Shown: positions 51,827-64,000 of the stretch, piece by piece
Numbering within the stretch: position 1 is the stretch's first letter
Layout of the letters: each line of letters opens with the position of its first letter
Assembly: GCF_006345805.1 (NCBI RefSeq)
Contig: NC_043002.1
Location: 50,964,001-51,028,000 of the forward strand
DNA: 64,000 bases
Source of the DNA: Octopus sinensis
Taxonomy: Eukaryota
Reading direction: 5' to 3'
Notes under the pieces: model-generated
The model's input: the letters and a program-made list of their open reading frames with translations, nothing else
Told to the model about the DNA's origin: nothing
Database searches by the model: none
Translations under genes and position numbers: made by a program

Positions 51827-52567
51827 CACGCACCAACAAACAGATACACTTACACACACAAACACACAGCTTTACCATGATTGATATGGTGTTTGTGAGA
51901 GTTAGGGGAAGCAGCAACAACAGGAGCAGTACTACACAACGAGGATAAATGCATGTAGTCGTTTGATCGGCCAGAAATAGCCGCCAAATCTCCCATAAAT
52001 CACAACCTACTGTCTTAAAAAATTGGTGGATATTGTTGTCCTAGATACAATTTAGAAGAAAAAATAAAAGAAAGAGAAAATGTCAGGATGGTCATAAATG
52101 GAACGATTTTGACCAGAGGTCTCTCGATCTAAAGTATCGTGGAGCTAAACAACATCTATGGCAACAATAACAATGACAACAACAACAAGAGCAGCAACAA
52201 TAGAAAACCAAACTTACCAGTGAACTCTCTCTGACAAAACACAGAACGTATAAATGGTCAATCGTCCTTTTTGAAGTACCTGTCAAATTCCCGTCAATTA
52301 ACACTCTACTATTTGAAAAACGGAAGGATATTATCGGAAATGTAGTGCTCCGTAAAAAAGAAAGGCGAGAAGGCTATGGTTGGTATTGATAATATTTTGA
52401 CCGTATGTTTGCTCGATCAACACTGATTTGCATTCTAACCAAACAATCAGAAAGATGATGGAAAGCCAAGGAGAGAATCTGTTTAAAGTTACTCAGCCTG
52501 CTAGAAATGGCAGTAAAATCTCCTTCAAGTTGAGTCCTATTCCGTAAGATGAAAAAACAAATGTTGT

Positions 52568-52731
52568 AGGCGCAGGAGTGGCTATATGGTAAGTAGCTTG
52601 CTTACTAACCACATGGTTCCAGGTTCATTCCCACTGCGTGGCACCTTGGGCTAGTGTCTTCTACTATAGCCTCAGGACGACCAAAGCCTTGTGAGTGGAT
52701 TTGGTAGACGGAAACTGAAAGAAGCCCGTCG

Positions 52732-52764
<33 letters not shown>

Positions 52765-52960
52765 ATATGTGTGTATATGTTTGTGTGTCTGTGTTTGTCC
52801 CCCAACATCGCTTGACAACTGATGGTAGTGCATCCCCGTAACCTAGCGGTTCGGCAAAATAGATCGATAGAATAAGTACTAGGGTCCTGGGTAGATTTGC
52901 TCGACTAAAGGTGGTGCTCCAGCATGGCCGCAGTCAAATGACTGAAACAAGTAAAAGAGA
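52568..52960 (+). mobile_element. SINE family A, best-preserved copy
   Basis: A-box tggctatatgg, B-box ggttcattcc, internal (TA)/(TG), tail aaacaagtaaaagag. Confidence 0.85.
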
Positions 52961-53224
52961 AAGTAAATTAAAAAAGAAAGTGAATGTTGTAGTTGTGCTT
53001 GTGGTCGTTTTTGTTGAAGATAATGTTGTTATGCTCAAGTTCAATATTACTTTCGCAAAATTTCTCTCGGTGCAACATAGACTTTTCTGAGAGAAAGCAA
53101 GGAAATACATAGTGGAAGTAGTGAGAAGAAATAGAGAGAATGAGTAGGGAGAAGGAAGTTGAGAGAGGAATGGAAGGAGAAAATTGATAAAAAAGGGAAA
53201 GGTAAAGTTACTTTCTCGAGTCAC

Positions 53225-53432
53225 GCTAACTTAAAAGGGCCGATATCCCGGTTTCATGGCGGAACGCCGATCTGTCACAGGATTACTAATTTTTTACCCA
53301 TTGAGTGGATTAGAGTAACGGAAAATGAAGGGTTTTGCTCAAGATCACAACGCCTTGCCAAGAGTAGGATTCGAAACCACAATCTTACGATCATGAATCC
53401 AATACCTTAACCACTAAGTCACGCGTCTCCAC
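53225..53432 (-). mobile_element. SINE family C
   Basis: Reverse complement ggagacgcgtgacttagtggttaagg...gtttcgaatcct. Confidence 0.65.
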
Positions 53433-55288
53433 AGGAAAAATTGATTCCAAGACCAGACGGCTGTTTTATTTATCGACTGTGAAAGGAAGAAGGATAAAGT
53501 TTATCTTGCGTCTGATTTGAACTGAAAGACATTGCAACCGTGTTTTTAGTGATATCTACGGCTACATTGTCTTGTGTATCATTTTTCATAGGAATAAGTA
53601 GGATATGATTTGATGGAGATTTTGCTGGTACTTCTAACAGGTCGAATGGCCGTTTAGAGATCTTTCGATTTCGTAGTGTTGTCCTGTATAGTTACTGTCT
53701 CGAGGAAAGAGAAAACGAGGTGGTTATAGTTAGAACGCCGATGTTAATTTGGCTACTGTATTAGGGATGGTCTGGGTCTAAGCAACAACAACAAAAACGA
53801 AAAAACTAAGTTAACCACAACTCTTAAAATCTGATCTATTCATCACCCTTTGTGCATATAATGAGAATATTCAATCGCCTACTATTTGACTGTGGATGGT
53901 TCTTGCGAAGTATATGATGCGCCAGCTATGTGTGTAGATTCATTTACCTTTTTTTTTCTGAAATGGCCTGCACTGCCAGTACTCTACCATGACCCTTCAC
54001 AGCACAACATAATGAATTTCCAAAAGCGATACAGAGAAAACAAAAGCAAACTTAACCCCAGTACTTGATTAGGGAGAAAATTGACCCACAATACTTCATT
54101 AGATAGCACTGAAATATGAAGGGGAAAAAAATTGACTTCAACAGGATTTGATTTCAGGGGCGCACATAGCCAGAGCAAAAAGCGGAAGATAGTTTATCCG
54201 GCACTCTAACGACTCTGTTAATTCGCTGCCATATCTGCCGGTCTTGTTAGGAAATTGTCCTGTTCAGGAATATCGTTATCATGCTGTCGCTTATACACCA
54301 CAGAAACGGAGTACTGGCCTTAGGAGCTCTTTGAGGTCAAGAAAAGTAATAATAAATTGAAGCTTAGAGAGACTATAAATTAATTATGAATTCCATTTTA
54401 AAACTTACCCTCAGTTATTGGCATTCTCTTGTAACATATTTTACAGAATATATCGAGTTTATGTATATTCTTGATATTTAGCAGTTTCCCTTTAACTTTT
54501 TTTAACATTCACGCAGGAAAATCCTCGTACGATGCGTTTTGTAGTTTCGGTGATGAAAGCTTCATGTGTCCGTATATTTCTATGAACATCTGACTACCAT
54601 GAAAAACGATTGCCTGGGGAAGAAACTGAAAATAATTATTTAGTTTATTTTGATATATGGCTTGGCATCCTTTTCGGGTGTCTTTTCGTTTTAGCTAGAA
54701 GCACACACACATTCACATACACGGTTCCTCGAAGAACATTCAGTTAGTCAAACAACTGAATTACCTACTCATACAATTAATATATGAGTGGCTGAACACA
54801 GGCATGTTTCCCATAACCTAATTCTTGTGCTGAATCAGCGTTATAATTCTTCCTAGCCTGATTTCTCTCGCCATTATAACGAAAATATATTAAAGTGATT
54901 AGAAAAAATCTTTTGAAAAGTGACAAAAATGTATCAGAATTAAAGGAACATGTAAACAAAGCCAAAACGTAAGGTTACCTTGGAATTTCCATCCCACTGT
55001 CTTCTACACGGCTTCCATCCGCCTAATTTCACCAAAGGCTATAGATATCTGCCTAAGGAGCCAGAAAGTGAGATCGAACTCGGGGATTTGTAGTTGCGAA
55101 GCTAAAGTACATCGTATTTACCCGTGTATTTATCGCATTATCTTTTTCATGATTTTAACTGAAGGAAGTGGAGTGCTACTAATACACGGGCAAAGTCTGA
55201 ATATAAAAGGAAACATATTACATAGGGTTTAACATTGAATTAGGGTAAACATGGTTTATAAGTTTGAATGCGTATGTTTGGGTATGTA

Positions 55289-55442
55289 CAGTCTTGGACA
55301 GAAGTTTGGAACATATGTCTGAAAATTAGAATTGTTATATCAAATGCCCAAACTTATAAGCTGTATACATTTGAGTCGAATTGTACTCGGGCATAACAAT
55401 TTTAATTTTTAAAATAATGTTCTAAACTTTTGACCACGGCTG
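55289..55442. mobile_element. Tc1-type MITE
   Basis: TA-cagtcttggacagaagtttggaaca ... tgttctaaacttttgaccacggctg-TA; imperfect 25-bp TIRs. Confidence 0.7.
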
Positions 55443-56219
55443 TATGTATGTTAGATTATTGTTGCATTTTGACCTAAACTAAATTTAAAGATCGCAATGT
55501 TTCATTGAGAGTTAAGTAAGAATAAGAATACAAATACATTCTTTCTATACTACTGATGAGCGCAAAAAGATGGGGAATCTCCTGACGGACCGTTTTATGT
55601 TTTGATGAACGTGCTTTAAAGAAGACGTATATGGAAAGGGCTATGCTTGCAGTGTGATACAGTTTTCGTGGTCAGTTTACGTTCAAAAATGCTTTTTAAT
55701 CCATGTGGTTAGCAGGAAACGTTTTATCTTTCTCTATCATGCTATGTTGTTTCTCGCTGGTAATCGAATTAGCAGTTAAAGGATTACCGCATTTTACGGT
55801 GCGATTTGTCCAGGATTTTAGTAAATGATGTTCTTTAAATTGACCTTATTTATGTGTGTATCTATGGTTGTGTTTTCAGGTATGTCTGTGAATATTGCGT
55901 GTGTCCTTGTAGTGAAAAGTATATACATAGCACGACGGAGAAAGAAACGGGGAGACAATCTTAGAGGCAGGGACCAAAAGAAAACCAAATAAGAAGAGGG
56001 GGGGAATTAGAAAAGGAAAAAGTGAGACCAATGAAGAGAATGTCGCGAGATGAGGTAGCAGGGTGAGGTAGAGGGGTGAGGTGGTTGAGTAAGGGAGACA
56101 AATGGAAGAAAACAAGAAAGAGGTGAAAGGTGCAAGGGAAAGAGAAGAACAATAATAAATGGAGATAATCTATTCATTTATTTATGTCTACGGTCTGTTG
56201 CGACTCAATTTGTGTGTAT

Positions 56220-56233
56220 GTATATATATATAT

Positions 56234-56265
<32 letters not shown>

Positions 56266-56287
56266 ATATTATATATATATATCTTTA

Positions 56288-56328
<41 letters not shown>

Positions 56329-56330
56329 AC

Positions 56331-56372
<42 letters not shown>

Positions 56373-56390
56373 TATATATATATATTATAT

Positions 56391-56432
<42 letters not shown>

Positions 56433-56482
56433 GAATATATATGTATGTATTATATATATATTTTATAAATGTATATATATAC

Positions 56483-56550
<68 letters not shown>
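56220..56550. repeat. Long imperfect (TA)n tract
   Basis: Read directly from the sequence; many other (TA)n, (CA)n, (TACA)n and (TATC)n tracts occur throughout the window. Confidence 0.95.
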
Positions 56551-56561
<11 letters not shown>

Positions 56562-57949
56562 ATATATCTTTATGAATATATTTATATAATTACATCCGTT
56601 GACATCTATAGATATAGATATATTATCAAACACACACATATGTCAATGTAGAGATATATAAATGCAAATAGTTTAAGTAAATCTATATGTTTATATTTAT
56701 ATATATGTATAGATTCGTATATCTATAAGTTTTGTATGTACACACACATACACACACACATACACACAGAGTCACATACTTACCGTACTCATTTATCACG
56801 TTATGTATTTTATATCTATCTAATTAAGATTTTATTAGCACAAGGAAAAGACAAAGATACAGAGAGGATAAGAGTGACGAGAAATATACAAGGAAATATA
56901 TGTGATTGTGTGTGTGTGATTTTTATGTATATGTGTGTATGTGTATATGTATGTATGTATGTTTATGAGTTTAAAGAAGAAAAAGAAATAACTTCACAAG
57001 ATGAGCTAGTGAGAAAACGCCATTATGTTATCGAAAAGACGGTCTTAGCGGGTTATGGTGTTAAAGAATCATTTGCAGAATGTCGAATATGGCGGAGGTG
57101 CGAAGGAGTGAAATTAATGTGATAGTGATACTGATTTTGGTGGTGACGGTAGTGGTAATTTTAGTGGTGGTGTAACAAAAATGATGACCCGTGTTATATG
57201 GTCATTGTAATCAGATTTACTTTATCCAGTTAAAGAGCATCTCGCCAAGTATAATATGATATGAAAGTTCGTTAAATAGATGGTGTTATACTTTTCTCGA
57301 TGTGTGCTGAAGGGGTCGACTGACTAAGGCATAGCTGTGCAAACTTTGGAAAAAAATACCTTACAGAGTTTGATACGATTCTCGACACTCAGAGGTCAAA
57401 TCTCTGCAACATCAACGTTACTTTTTATCCTTTAGTGGTTAATAAAAGTATGTACGAGTGAAATAGTAGATTCGATATAATCGACTGACCATTTTTCTGA
57501 AATTTTTGGTCTCGATTGTATTTTAGAAATATTTAGCTCCACATCCTGTTGAGGCCATATTAGCCTTTCCTCATGCTGGGATCGATAAAATAAAGCACAA
57601 TCAAGCACAGAGGTCCATTTAATTGAGTAACTCCTCATCTGAAATATCAGGCTTTGCGACAGTGCTAGAAACCATTGCGCCTGAACGCACTAGGAAATAG
57701 TTAACTGGTTGAGAAACAATCATTAAAGCATAGATTGAAATGCCTTGCGGTATTTTTCCGCTTCTTAGTTCAAATCCCACCAAGGCCACATTTAATTATA
57801 TTTTGGGTGGATGAAAAGTATCCAGGTGATAGATTAAAGAAACTGTTAGTGTATGAGGCAAAATGTCTTACGCAAAATGTCTTGGTTCTTTATGATCTTA
57901 GTTCTTGCATGGTAAAATGTTTTCCTCTCCTAGTCTAACAGCACTACCT

Positions 57950-58870
57950 TGTCAATGGGTGCCTTTAGCAAAATTCACTTTTTCGTTGGTTGTCTGAGGC
58001 AGGTTTCCGCATGGTATTGTATATTATTGGGTTGGTGCATAATTATTGCGCCTTTTTTCAACATATTTTATTCAGCAAAAACAATAACTTGTAACAAAAA
58101 CATCTTTAAATGATTATTCAGGAGCATATTCCCCATGTACTTCAATTAATGCTTCCCATTTGCATGGCAGCCGATCAGACAGTCATTTAAAGATGTTTTT
58201 GTTAAATATTGTTATAGTTTTTGTTGAATAAAATCTGCTGAAAAAAAAAACAAAGCCGCAATAATTATGCACCAACCTAATATTTATACGACAATGTCAT
58301 ACGGCATAGAGAGATAGTACCGTAATGACATTTTTGGGCAGTTGCTAATCACATGTACAATGTCTTCCACAGAAATATGACGTAATCTACATTTGCGGTT
58401 TCATCTTGCAGCTACATCGGTTTTATTGTCTCTTTTGTTTATTCAGTATTGCGTAGCAAATCTCCTGCTCTTGTATTGCAGATGTATAACCTTCAAAGTG
58501 TGTTGTAGCGGTCACGACTTCAAGAGAGGCCTCGCTTCATGTCATTATCACTGTTTTCTTCAGGTATCGTGAAACATACCCATGCATATTCTTTTTGTCA
58601 TGTTGGGTGCTTCAAATAAAATGTCTTCTTTGAGGTATGTTAGTCCGGCTGATTTGGGGTTGCGTGAGAAGTCCTCAGGAAGAGAATGCCTGAATTAATG
58701 TATTTATTTTTGATTTTGTTGCCTGACACAGTCTCAATGTTACTGTACAACATTGAAAAGGCTGTCTGCACTGATTTCAAGCTTCTACCTCCTTTTTCTC
58801 TTCTTAGGTAGAGACTGTGGAGATTTCCATTTAATGTCAGTTTCTTGCTCTTTTTAACGTCTTTGGAGTG
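57950..58870 (-). mobile_element. Old R4/Dong-like LINE fragment (thumb to CCHC), split by a mariner MITE
   Basis: SLYLRREKGGRSLKSV; HFEGYTSAIQEQEI; KCRLRHISVEDIVHVISNCPKMSLRYY; the frame resumes (IYNTMRK) across the MITE. Confidence 0.7.
58027..58280. mobile_element. mariner MITE (Hsmar1/MADE1-like TIR)
   Basis: TA-ttgggttggtgcataattattgcg ... cgcaataattatgcaccaacctaa-TA; long imperfect arms; the centre encodes a mariner C-terminus DRLPCKWEALIEVHGEY* on minus. Confidence 0.85.
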
Positions 58871-59017
58871 AATATCCTCTAAACCAAACTTGTATGTACG
58901 TCATTATTCAGTTTTATTTCAAGATTTCTTGTCAATAGAGAAAGAGTGAATTTCTAACCTAGGCTCCTTCATTGGAATTTCAACATCAACAGGTTATTAT
59001 TGAATGTACATATGTAT

Positions 59018-59424
59018 AGGCGTAGAAGTAGCTGTGTGGTAAGTAGCTTGCTTACGAACAACATGGTTTTAGATTCCACTGCGTGACACTTTCGGCAAGT
59101 GTCTTCTACTATAGCCTTCGGCCCATTAAAGCCTTCTGAGCTGATTTGGTAGACAGAAACTGAAAGAAGCCCGTTGTATATATGTATATATATGTATGTG
59201 TGTGTGCATGTGTGTGTGTGTATGTTTGTGTGTCTGTGTTTTTCCCCACAACGTCGCATGGCAACCGATACTGGTGTGTTTATATACCCGTAACTTAGCG
59301 GTTCGGTAAAAGAGACCAATAGAATAAGTACTAAGCTTACAAAGAATAAGTCCTGCGGTCGATTTGCATAACTAAAGGCGGTGTCCAGCATGGCCACCTT
59401 CAAATGACTGAAACAAGTAAAGAG
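59018..59424 (+). mobile_element. SINE family A
   Basis: Complete copy. Confidence 0.8.
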
Positions 59425-59975
59425 TATATATATAGATTTGCATGTTTTGCTTTATGTATGTATTATTATGCATCTAGTTGCATGTGTAGACATGCTCATA
59501 TATACCTTCATGATAAACTTCTGGAAACTTTTACAGATTTTTATAGTTCCAGTGATGGCTTGGATCTGTAGTCTTTGAATCAGCGCTCACCTTTCTAGTT
59601 TTAAGAAGCCTAACTTCCCGAGATTAGTAATTAGGCAGTTTATTACATACCTCAATAGCCTCTGTATGTATGTATGTATGTATGTATGTATGTATGTATG
59701 TATGTATGTATGTATGTATGTATGTATGTATGTATGTATTCATGCATGTATTAATGTATGTATGAATGTATGTATCCATCTACATATAACCTGTCGGTTG
59801 CATTTCTATATAAGGAGTGTATTCGCAGGAACACAATATGTTCCTGTATAAAAAGAACGTTATTTTCATGCATATAGAATATTATGAAATGCATTTCAAT
59901 CTAAGTAGACAAAATATTTAATATTAAATGCCACTGAATTCTATATATATATGTATATATATATATATATATGTG

Positions 59976-60077
<102 letters not shown>

Positions 60078-60179
60078 TATACATATACATATACATATAT
60101 ATGTACGTACAATAATAACTTTAATAATATATCATAATAATAATATATATTCACCGATTTAAAGCGACATTTATATATA

Positions 60180-60215
<36 letters not shown>

Positions 60216-60218
60216 CAT

Positions 60219-60454
60219 AGGCTGAGGCATGGCTGTGTGATGGAAGTTTTACTTCCCAATCACATGGTTCCGGGTTCACTCCCACTGCATTGCACCTTGA
60301 GCAAATGATTTCTACTACAGCCTCCGGCCGTCCAAGTTCAGTGTGGGTTTGGTAGACGGAAACTGAAAGAAGCTCGTCAAATATGTGTGTGTGAGTGTGT
60401 GTGCATGTGTATGTGTGTGTGTGTGTTTGTGTTTGTGTGTGGGTGTGTGTGTAT

Positions 60455-60533
<79 letters not shown>

Positions 60534-60755
60534 TGTGCGTACGTGTCTGTGTGCGTGTGAGTTAGAGAGAGTTTCCCCCTAGAAACGCTTGACAACTAGT
60601 GATGGTGTGTTTACCTACTCGAAACCTATCGGCTGGGCAAAGAAAAACGGTACAATTAGTTCTAAGTCCGATTCATTTGAATAAAATTCTTCAAGGTTGT
60701 GCCCCAGCATGGCCGGTGTCTAACAACTGAAACGAGTAACAGATAAAAGATAAAA
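60219..60755 (+). mobile_element. SINE family A with an expanded internal (TG)n
   Basis: Head, long (TG)n, variant tail. Confidence 0.75.
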
Positions 60756-60846
60756 ACATAGAAGATATTCATTTCTAACAAAATTCTACGCAAACGAAAT
60801 AACAAATAGAAACGTGTGTCTATGCATGTGTACGTATGCATTTACG

Positions 60847-60920
<74 letters not shown>

Positions 60921-60949
60921 CATCCGTCTATCTATCTGTCTATCTATCT

Positions 60950-61490
60950 TCTTTAGCGTGTTTCAGTCATTAAACTGCTGCCCTAGTGGTGCACTGCCAC
61001 GAAGAGTTTTCAGTCAAATGAAACGTCTCTTGTATTTATTTTTCTCCTCTTCAACCTCGTACATATTCCATCAGTATTTTTTACTGAAAAGCTAAGGTAC
61101 AGTGACGTGAAGAAACCAACAATGGTTGTCAACACACACACACACATAGTCTCTCTCACACACATACGCACACATATCTATAAGTTTTTTTTTCATTCTC
61201 TGTTTATTTTCTCTTATTCCTTTCTGTTGAAGAGCGTAGGCTCGAAACGTAAAAGACTTTTTCATTTTTCCCGAGCGTGAAACTAATACACTTGCCTCGT
61301 CTTTAGTTTTCCTATAAATTTCAATACATGTATTGAAAGGCTTCTTTCAGTTTCCGTCTACCAAATCCACTCGAAAGGTTTTGGTTGGCCCAAAACTATA
61401 GTAGAACATACTTGCCCAATGTCTTACACAGTAGGACTGGATCCGAAACCATGTGGTTAGGAACCAATCTTCTTACCACACAGCCAGACC
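60950..61490 (-). mobile_element. SINE family A interrupted by a Penelope-like fragment (61175-61325)
   Basis: 3' half at 60950-61135 and 5' half at 61335-61490. Confidence 0.7.
61220..61255 (+). ncRNA. Minimal type I hammerhead-like motif (variant core CUGUUGA)
   Basis: CUUU-CUGUUGA-A-GAGC GUAG GCUC-GAAA-CG-UA-AAAG. Confidence 0.45.
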
Positions 61491-61530
61491 TGATGTATAT
61501 TTGTGTGTTTGTGTACACACACACACACTA

Positions 61531-61566
<36 letters not shown>

Positions 61567-61782
61567 GTAAAGAGAGAGGGGGAGACAGATAAAGAGAGCG
61601 AGAGAGAGTGAGAGAAAGGAAAGAAACTGAGAGAGAAGGAGACGGACAAACAGACAGATAGAGGAAGTGAAAGTAAAGACATATATATAGAGATTAAATA
61701 TAATAACAGAGGGCAGTACTTGTCAATATTGTATAATGATAGGTGGGTTTTATGACCTGTCCTTATGGCAAGAGTTCAACAT

Positions 61783-61828
<46 letters not shown>

Positions 61829-62100
61829 CACACACACACACACACACACACGGGCACGCACATACATATATATGTTCTCTCTACCTACTTTTCTTTCCCT
61901 CTGGCGTTATAATTCGATCAAGTTTACGAAATATAAAACAACCACGATCTGTGATAGAAATAGCTGAGGATGTTAGGGTCGGGGATTCTGAAAGATGGGG
62001 GACGATGGTGGAGAAGGAGAAGGGAACCATTCAAGGCGTTTGCATGTGTGCGTTTTGATAAACACGCATACACACAAACACGCACACTCGAATGTATATA

Positions 62101-62177
<77 letters not shown>

Positions 62178-62354
62178 ATATATATACATATATATGTATA
62201 TATACACACATATATATATATATGCATATGCATATATATCTATATGCATTTGTGTCTGTATATACATACATATAGATATATATAGACAAATACTTATAAT
62301 ATATATGAGTATACATCTATAACTATATGCATTTGTGTGTGTGTATATATATGT

Positions 62355-62419
<65 letters not shown>

Positions 62420-62702
62420 CACGCACACTCATGTCCAGAAACATGTCCAGAAAGAGCCAAACACCAAGCTTGCTTCACTAATTATGGCAACGGAAGTCGC
62501 TGAAACTGACGTCAGTCTTAAGAATTCTCGTTCGCTATTATTCGGACACATATGGTCCTTGCTAGCGAGTGTTTTCATTCATGTGCATTAATTAGAGCAT
62601 TTTAGGTCGTATTTCTAGCAATGTAGGTCTCTTTTAACACCCTAGTCACATTTAACAATAAATATGTATGTATGTATGTATGCATGTATATATGTATGTA
62701 TG

Positions 62703-62816
<114 letters not shown>

Positions 62817-64000
62817 TATACATATATTGATGTACATATATATATATATATATACATAAAGACACACTCATACATGTGTGTGTTTATGTGTGTGCTTGTC
62901 CCCACCACCGATTGACAAACGCAACCTAGATGTTCGGCAATAGCGACAAATAGAAGAATACCAGGCTTTTAAGAATGAAAGAGTGCTGATGTCGATTCAC
63001 TCAACTAAAGATTCTTCAATGCGATGTCGTCTGAAGCAAGTAAAAATTTAAAAAAAGCAACATTATTATAATATAATATAACACCTACTCACACACAAAC
63101 ACATACACACATACACTCACACACACACACACATACATAAACACACTCACATTCAAATGTACAAACACACACACTGGGTTCTTAATTGCTGATTTATTTG
63201 TAGAATGTAACAAACAAAAAAACTATGAATGGGACACCAAGTTTCGCCTTAAGAACTCGATTAATGAGATATGAGAAAATTGAGTGGGTGGTTGCGCGTG
63301 TGTGTCTACGTATGAGTGCATCTCTTTGTATACATTGGTCTTCTGAACGGTTTCTATATTCGTCGTGGAATTGGTTTCATCTGATTATGCTAACTATGGA
63401 AGCAGCGTATAGTTTGTGTAATTGTAATTTCCCTTGCCATTAAAGCTCTTATTATATCTTCAATATGTGTGGAGAAGATATTCATACAGTTTAATAAAAT
63501 CTTGGTAACATTAAGAAGTATGCTTAAAACTATTAGTAATAGTATGTCATTTAATATTCGTTTCCTAGTTTTCTGTTTTTGAATTTCAATGTTATTTTCG
63601 ATTTACTTTACGGCATCTTCAAAGCTACTGTTCTTTAATGCTTTACTGCTATAATAGGCTGAATGAATAACGAATATCTTATTAAGGGATATACTGGATA
63701 CGTGCTTACAAATATTTTAAATTAAGTTCTTACAGATTAAGATGGAATACTTAGCCATAATATGCTGAATTTATATACCAGAATTTCTCTTTAGGATTAC
63801 GTTAAGTTCGGTATTTACCAATATGTAATCTATAATTATATAAAGAAATTAACTCTACTTAGATGCGTACCTGCTGTAACCCTTGACTATACGTTTTCTG
63901 GAGTGTTGATAGAATCCAAAAATGTGATCATTCATGCTTCGTACTTAGCGTAGTCCATCATCACAGTAAAGTCTGAACTGTGTGGAACGAAATCATTTAC

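Noticed and set aside
52568-52640. tRNA gene-like sequences (SINE heads here and elsewhere)
   Set aside because: They have A/B boxes but no complete cloverleaf, and all continue into SINE bodies.
54509-54511. Selenocysteine reading of the in-frame TGA
   Set aside because: No recognisable selenoprotein motif and no SECIS identified; the exon itself is unproven.
55553-55600. CTGATGAG hammerhead core
   Set aside because: No stem II and no downstream GAAA in register.

Overview
Eukaryotic, AT-rich, microsatellite-saturated genomic DNA. The repeat families look like octopus/coleoid cephalopod repeats, an inference from recalled families rather than a search. I found no recognisable host protein-coding gene, true tRNA/rRNA gene or CRISPR array, and most ORF-track entries are translations of simple repeats. 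The window is a mobile-element landscape with six parts. (1) Five R4/Dong-clade (RT plus restriction-like endonuclease) non-LTR retrotransposon copies, including a near full-length dead copy at 29615-33687. Four of the five sit in (AAT)n tracts with strict strand polarity. (2) A ~560-bp non-coding element with the same (AAT)n targeting and retroposition signature (four copies), a candidate non-autonomous partner of R4/Dong. (3) Hammerhead-ribozyme-like motifs: an inverted pair with a canonical core at 41179-41359, and three copies of a variant motif in Penelope-like pLTR fragments. (4) Tc1, maT, mariner, pogo-like and hAT DNA-transposon relics and MITEs, plus two non-autonomous Helitrons with canonical ends. 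(5) L1/Tx1-like fragments and many tRNA-headed SINEs of at least four families. (6) A 106-bp-arm near-perfect palindrome at 3385-3606 and a tandem-plus-inverted 1.07-kb block at 39147-40219.
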